Positions 59,394-64,000 of a stretch of DNA of 64,000 nucleotides are shown here, piece after piece. Under the pieces are notes generated by a model. That model made no database searches, was not told the DNA's origin, and saw only the letters and a list, made by a program, of their open reading frames with translations. The DNA comes from Candidatus Magasanikiibacteriota bacterium (GTDB lineage Bacteria > Patescibacteriota > Patescibacteriia > Magasanikbacterales > GWA2-37-8), in assembly GCA_041666745.1 (NCBI GenBank), contig JBAYGI010000003.1, positions 12,782 through 76,781 on the forward strand. Direction: 5' to 3'. Position 1 is the stretch's first letter, and every line of letters begins with the position of its first letter. Made by a program: the position numbers and the translations under genes.

Positions 59394-60422
59394 TCATTTC
59401 ATTATTTCACCAGACCAATTTAACATTTTTTTAATACCGGTAACTTTGTCAATCTTTGGAAACCAAGCAATGTCATTTTGAATTTTAGTTAGATCAGCAA
59501 TGAATATTTTTTGATCACTTATTCGTACTGGTAATTCAATGTATTTTATTTTAACTTTTAACTCTTTTTCTAATAAACCAAATAATTCTAAAATAGACAA
59601 ACTATTTTCCATGCCACCGCCAATATTATAGCATTGTCCAGCTGTTTTATCAATGTTGAGAACAGCCGCAAAATACAACCGAACCATATCATCAGCGAAC
59701 AAAATATCTCTTACTTGTTTACCATTCCCGGAAATCGTAAGTCCTGAATAATTTGGATCTTTTACAAATTTTAACGCTTCCTGACAAAACCAACCAACCC
59801 ACCCCTGATCAGCGGTAGAGAACTGACGACCACCAAACATTGAAGAATGTCTAAACACAACGGTTCGTATACCAAAAACTTTATAATAATCAATCATATA
59901 TTGATCGGCACACCCCTTCGAACAACCATAAGGAGAAGAAAAACTTAAAGGAGTATTTTCAGACAACCCATTGGGAAAATCAGTGCTAATATAACGAGTG
60001 CTGTTTTCCTTGTAATGAACCCATTCTAAATCTCCATATACTTTATTAGTAGAAGAATATATTACAATTGATTGAGGGCTAAAACGACGAATGTTTTCTA
60101 ATAAATTTATGGTTCCCTGGGCATTAACCGAAAAATCATACAACGGGTCTTGCAAAGATGTGGTCATGGCAACCTGACCAGCGAGATGAAATACCACGTC
60201 TGGCATTTCTTCCTTTATTATTTTTTCTAACTGTTCATAATTTCTAATATCACATTCATAAAAATTAAAATGTCCATTTTCCTTTAACCAATCGAGGTTA
60301 GCACGAGATCCCATTCTAGATAAATTATCAACTACCACCAACTGATCTTTAGTGGTTGCAATTATGTGGCTAGCTATGTTTGAACCCAAAAAACCACACC
60401 CGCCGGTTATCAAATATTTCAT
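59394..60422 (-). CDS. NAD-dependent epimerase, CDP-paratose 2-epimerase (tyvelose epimerase)-like
   Basis: 342 aa; TGGCGFLGSN; HLAGQVAMTTS motif resembling the tyvelose epimerase signature. Confidence 0.55.
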   Translation of the reverse strand: MKYLITGGCGFLGSNIASHIIATTKDQLVVVDNLSRMGSRANLDWLKENGHFNFYECDIRNYEQLEKIIKEEMPDVVFHLAGQVAMTTSLQDPLYDFSVNAQGTINLLENIRRFSPQSIVIYSSTNKVYGDLEWVHYKENSTRYISTDFPNGLSENTPLSFSSPYGCSKGCADQYMIDYYKVFGIRTVVFRHSSMFGGRQFSTADQGWVGWFCQEALKFVKDPNYSGLTISGNGKQVRDILFADDMVRLYFAAVLNIDKTAGQCYNIGGGMENSLSILELFGLLEKELKVKIKYIELPVRISDQKIFIADLTKIQNDIAWFPKIDKVTGIKKMLNWSGEIMK

Positions 60423-61321
60423 ATTATTTTTTTATTTCTCTCAATTAATAACATTTTCTCTAAACCCCGCTTAATATCATAATTTGGTACCCAGCCCAAG
60501 TGCTTAATAGCAATAGTATCTGATACAGATTGCATCACTTCATTCTCACGGTAAGGCAAGGCTCCAAAATTGAGTTCGGTTACATGGTTATTAGACAATT
60601 CTTTAATAGTTTCTACCAACCATCTAATGGAAATTAATTTGTTTGTACCAATTTCATAATGAAAAAAACCATCTGCATTGTTGGTAAGATTTTTTATTAC
60701 TAACATAAATGCATCAACCACATCATCAATATAGACAAAATCTCTCTGTTGTTCACCCTTAGTCAAATTTATGCTCTTTACTTTATTTAACAAAGAATCA
60801 AAAATATTAGAAACAAATTTGGTTTTATCATCACCAGGACCGTAAAAATGCTCCAAAGCCATATTTACGCAGACAATGTCATCTTGGTAGGTTTTAAGCC
60901 AATCGATAAACTGTGCTTTAGACAAAGAATAATGACTTACTCTTTTGTCTAAAATTGTATCTGTATTAATAAAACACTTCACTTTGTTTTCTTTGCCTAA
61001 TTCCAATAATTTTAATGGTAAAATTAAATTAGCTTCAATAACTTGTAATGGTAACGATTGTTTACGCCCATAGTCAGTGGCACAATGCAAAACAACATCT
61101 ATAGGCTGATCTTTAAACACCACGGACAAATCCACTTGGTCGATGTTATAATATTTCACATTAGATAATACATCATCGATACGATGAGTGTTAGAGTAAG
61201 ATCTTTTTAATAAAATAACTTTATATTTATTTAAAATCAGACGACGCAACAGATTGCTACCTAAAAACCCCGTACCGCCTGTTATAAGTATTGTCTTGGC
61301 TATAATTAGTTTTTCATCCAT
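60419..61321 (-). CDS. SDR-family NDP-sugar reductase (CDP-abequose/paratose synthase-like)
   Basis: 300 aa; TGGTGFLGSNL; context next to RfbH and the epimerase. Confidence 0.5.
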   Translation of the reverse strand: MDEKLIIAKTILITGGTGFLGSNLLRRLILNKYKVILLKRSYSNTHRIDDVLSNVKYYNIDQVDLSVVFKDQPIDVVLHCATDYGRKQSLPLQVIEANLILPLKLLELGKENKVKCFINTDTILDKRVSHYSLSKAQFIDWLKTYQDDIVCVNMALEHFYGPGDDKTKFVSNIFDSLLNKVKSINLTKGEQQRDFVYIDDVVDAFMLVIKNLTNNADGFFHYEIGTNKLISIRWLVETIKELSNNHVTELNFGALPYRENEVMQSVSDTIAIKHLGWVPNYDIKRGLEKMLLIERNKKII

Positions 61322-61325
61322 AAAA

Positions 61326-63302
61326 TTACCAATTAATATTTTTAAATAGAGCGTTCCCCATCAATTCTTTTCCTACCAAATCATCTTCCACAAGTTCAAA
61401 ACCAAAATTACTTAAATATTTTTTAAGACAATCATAATCTTCAGCACCATCGTAAAACTCTTTTTTGGACACCTCTGTATAAATGAAATGTATGCTTTTT
61501 ATTTTATCTCCTAAGGATTTAAAGATACGGTATTCCATTCCCTGAGCGTCAATCCAAAGCAAATCTATTTTATCCACACAATTGGACGTCAACCAGACAT
61601 CCAACAAAACTGCCGACACAAATACACTTCCTTGAAATTCTACTCCAGGAAAATATTTTAAATGTTCTTTTGGTCTCAATAGCGAACTTGAACACCCACT
61701 ATTATCGCTAACAAACATCTCAACTTGATCAACATTTTTATCGTCAGTAACAGCATTTTGGATTATTTCAATATTTTTAAAATCTTTAGTTTTAAATTTT
61801 AATCGCGCAAAAGTATTTGGTAATGGTTCAAATGCATAAATTTTGCCGTTTGGCCATAATGTAGCCATCTCTACAGTATCACTACCAACATGAGCACCTA
61901 TTTCTATAACCACAGGATTAGTGCCTATATAACGTGAAATTTTTTTCTTGGAAATAAGGGAGTTTCGATTCAGAAACAATCTAATTTTAAGATATAATTT
62001 ATATAGTTGGTAGTTGTTAATAGTGTAATTCTTTAAGTTAAATTCTGGCTTTAAATTTATATTATTTGCAATATAAAAATACCACATTAATACAACGACC
62101 GTCAGCATATAGACGGGTCGAAGAGCAAAAACAGTCATAAATGGTTGCTGATCAAACACTGGAAACAACAACGGTTGAGACAATGACAAAAATAGCAATA
62201 ATTGGATAAATAAGTCACAATAAAAACCAATTTTTGGTCTCAGATTCCAATAAACAGTAAAAATAAATAAATAATATAGACTATTATGCAACCACGACAC
62301 TGTCGGTAAGAATGAGACCAAAAACATCAAAGTTCCAAATTCAAGCAACATCAAATCTTTATTTTGTTTTTCTATTTTATTTACTTTATAAAATAGTCCA
62401 AAAAAGAAACCAGATATAATTAAACCAACGATTGCAGTTAACAATTGTGCCTGTTGAAGATTTAGAATATTATAAGTAAAACGATTGTATATTATACCTC
62501 CCAAACCAGTACTCAAACCACCGGCAACTATACCACTGGTAGCAAAACTAGATACAACACCCCAGAAATCAACAAATGAATTCATGCCAAATATTAAGAC
62601 AAAAAATAATAAAGAAATAATAGTATAAATAAATACTTTTTTATTTTTAATAAAAAAGTATGGAAGAAAAACTATCGGCATCAATTTTAATACAATCGAC
62701 GATGCTAATAAAAAACTAGAGATCTTGTATTTCCCTTGCAAATAAAACAAAAGGCACAAAGACACTAATAATAGTATCTCTATATTTGTTTGCCCTCGAT
62801 CTAGATGGAGCAAGAAAGCCGGAGAGAATAAAAATACCAAAAAAGTAATAATAAAATATGGCCATTTTTGCTGAACAAGTTTACTTAAAAAATACACCGA
62901 AAGAAGCAGTAAAAGAATCGAGACTAAATTATACACAAAAAAAGACACATCGAGCGGTAGCATGCTAAACGGAATGAAAAAATAAGCCATCAACGGAGGA
63001 TAATTAAATCTGGCGTATTCAAAAGGATAGCTGGTTTCACCAGGGTAACGATCGTTGAGTGGAAAATAAAAATTTTTCCCCTGAGATGCCCGCATTCCAG
63101 CAAAATAAAAATAATTATAATCTATACCAGTACTATAATTAATTGTAGGCTTAAGAAATTTGGAATTATTTGCAAATGGTTGATAGTTAAAATCAAAAAT
63201 CAACACAGACAATGCCAAAATACCGAACAAATAAATACCGACAAATAAATATCTACTAAGAAATAATTTAAATTTTTCTTTTGTTTCGTTTTTTAAAAAC
63301 AT
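61326..63302 (-). CDS. Fusion protein: N-terminal DUF2029/GT87-like polytopic glycosyltransferase plus C-terminal FkbM-family SAM methyltransferase
   Basis: 658 aa; RFNYPPLMAYFFIPF loop motif with ~11 TM; C-terminal VVIEIGAHVGSDTVEMA ... FEPLP FkbM signature. Confidence 0.65.
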   Translation of the reverse strand: MFLKNETKEKFKLFLSRYLFVGIYLFGILALSVLIFDFNYQPFANNSKFLKPTINYSTGIDYNYFYFAGMRASQGKNFYFPLNDRYPGETSYPFEYARFNYPPLMAYFFIPFSMLPLDVSFFVYNLVSILLLLLSVYFLSKLVQQKWPYFIITFLVFLFSPAFLLHLDRGQTNIEILLLVSLCLLFYLQGKYKISSFLLASSIVLKLMPIVFLPYFFIKNKKVFIYTIISLLFFVLIFGMNSFVDFWGVVSSFATSGIVAGGLSTGLGGIIYNRFTYNILNLQQAQLLTAIVGLIISGFFFGLFYKVNKIEKQNKDLMLLEFGTLMFLVSFLPTVSWLHNSLYYLFIFTVYWNLRPKIGFYCDLFIQLLLFLSLSQPLLFPVFDQQPFMTVFALRPVYMLTVVVLMWYFYIANNINLKPEFNLKNYTINNYQLYKLYLKIRLFLNRNSLISKKKISRYIGTNPVVIEIGAHVGSDTVEMATLWPNGKIYAFEPLPNTFARLKFKTKDFKNIEIIQNAVTDDKNVDQVEMFVSDNSGCSSSLLRPKEHLKYFPGVEFQGSVFVSAVLLDVWLTSNCVDKIDLLWIDAQGMEYRIFKSLGDKIKSIHFIYTEVSKKEFYDGAEDYDCLKKYLSNFGFELVEDDLVGKELMGNALFKNINW

Positions 63303-63303
63303 A

Positions 63304-64000
63304 CTATTTTTTAGTAATAAAATTAATTTCTAAAAAATCTTCAAAACAATCCACTATATAATCCAACATAGGTAGACTAATACCAGGAAAAACACCTATC
63401 CAAAAAGTATTATTCATAATTGAATCAGTATTATTCAATTCTCCAACAACCCGATATTCAATTTTATTATTAATAAAATATGGCTGTTTGGTAATGTTGC
63501 CGGCGAATAATAACCTAGTTCCAATTTTTTTGCCATCAAAATACTTTATTAGCGCCGTTCTGTCGATCCCTGAATTTTCTTTTATAGTTAATAAAAAACC
63601 AAACCAGCTAGGGTCAGCTTCAGGCAAATATTGTGGCAAGATAAAATATTTATCAAATTTTTTGAATTTTTCTAACAAATATTTAAAATTTTCTTTTCTT
63701 CTAACAACAAAGTTTGGTAATTTTTCAAACTGTGCCAATCCTAGCGCTGCCTGAATATCAGTCATCTTTAAATTATAACCCAGTTCACTATAAATATATT
63801 TATGATCATACCCTTGTGGTAAACATCCCAATTTCCAACCAAAGCGGTTGTGACAAGTATCGTCTTTACCAGTTGGACACCAACAATCCCTTCCCCAATC
63901 TCTAAGTGAACGGATAATTTTTGTTAAGAACAAGTCATTTGACAAAACAGCACCTCCCTCAGCCGTAGTCATGTGGTGGGCAGGATAAAAGCTTAATGTA
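63304..64000 (-). CDS. DegT/AHBA-synthase-family PMP-dependent CDP-6-deoxy-D-xylo-4-hexulose-3-dehydrase (RfbH/DdhC, E1), C-terminal part; gene continues past window end
   Basis: Open frame to the window edge; SFYPAHHMTTAEGG has His replacing the family Lys as in E1 dehydrases; RDWGRDCWC motif. Confidence 0.7.
   Translation of the reverse strand, partial: TLSFYPAHHMTTAEGGAVLSNDLFLTKIIRSLRDWGRDCWCPTGKDDTCHNRFGWKLGCLPQGYDHKYIYSELGYNLKMTDIQAALGLAQFEKLPNFVVRRKENFKYLLEKFKKFDKYFILPQYLPEADPSWFGFLLTIKENSGIDRTALIKYFDGKKIGTRLLFAGNITKQPYFINNKIEYRVVGELNNTDSIMNNTFWIGVFPGISLPMLDYIVDCFEDFLEINFITKK

Noticed and set aside
1-64000. tRNA, rRNA, transposase, integrase, prophage or CRISPR-cas content
   Set aside because: No T-arm/anticodon-arm signatures, rRNA-like GC blocks, DDE or tyrosine-recombinase motifs, phage structural genes or repeat-spacer arrays were recognised by eye. 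This is a manual scan and needs tRNAscan-SE and HMM confirmation.

Overview
This is an AT-rich (~33% GC) bacterial chromosomal segment. The gene content (degenerate dcw cluster, many small membrane proteins, a very large glycan-biosynthesis locus) resembles reduced-genome Patescibacteria/CPR-like organisms; that assignment is inference. The first ~22 kb is mostly housekeeping genes: dnaB, ybaB, recR, rplU, an mraZ-rsmH-ftsL remnant of the dcw cluster followed by a membrane-anchored zinc-ribbon ClpB-like AAA+ protein and an MraY/WecA-family transferase, a beta-CASP RNase, murJ, lepA and recJ. Positions ~23-37 kb and ~43.7-64 kb form one very large cell-surface glycan locus. It holds rmlB, rmlD, an FdtA-like ketoisomerase, a long-form sugar nucleotidyltransferase, more than 12 GT2/GT4/GT11 transferases and a polyprenyl glycosylphosphotransferase. 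It also holds a nucleotide-sugar dehydrogenase, a GDP-mannose-3,5-epimerase-like enzyme, a 3,6-dideoxyhexose (RfbH-type) pathway, a DUF2029-FkbM membrane transferase/methyltransferase fusion and two tandem paralogous ~890-aa polytopic membrane proteins. Three features stand out. (1) At ~10.26-12.3 kb, small accessory genes (two membrane proteins, a MazG-like NTP pyrophosphohydrolase, an 84-aa protein; a Cys/His-rich ORF and an HD-domain protein follow) are each bracketed by imperfect inverted repeats. The repeats begin GTTAGGC and end GCCTAAC, which fit the integron attC core consensus GTTRRRY/RYYYAAC, and they are separated by attC-like palindromic junctions. This looks like an integrase-less cassette array (CALIN-like). 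A poly-C9 tract sits in front of its first gene. (2) Two short ~58% GC islands (9.8-10.15 kb and 38.9-39.6 kb) sit in the AT-rich background, each with a near-consensus promoter, an SD and a hairpin; the second encodes a degenerate Nudix-like protein. (3) A 1141-aa secreted protein combines a zinc phospholipase-C/P1-nuclease-like domain, a Pro/Thr linker, a lamin-tail domain and beta-helix repeats. No rRNA, tRNA, CRISPR array, transposase or integrase was recognised.
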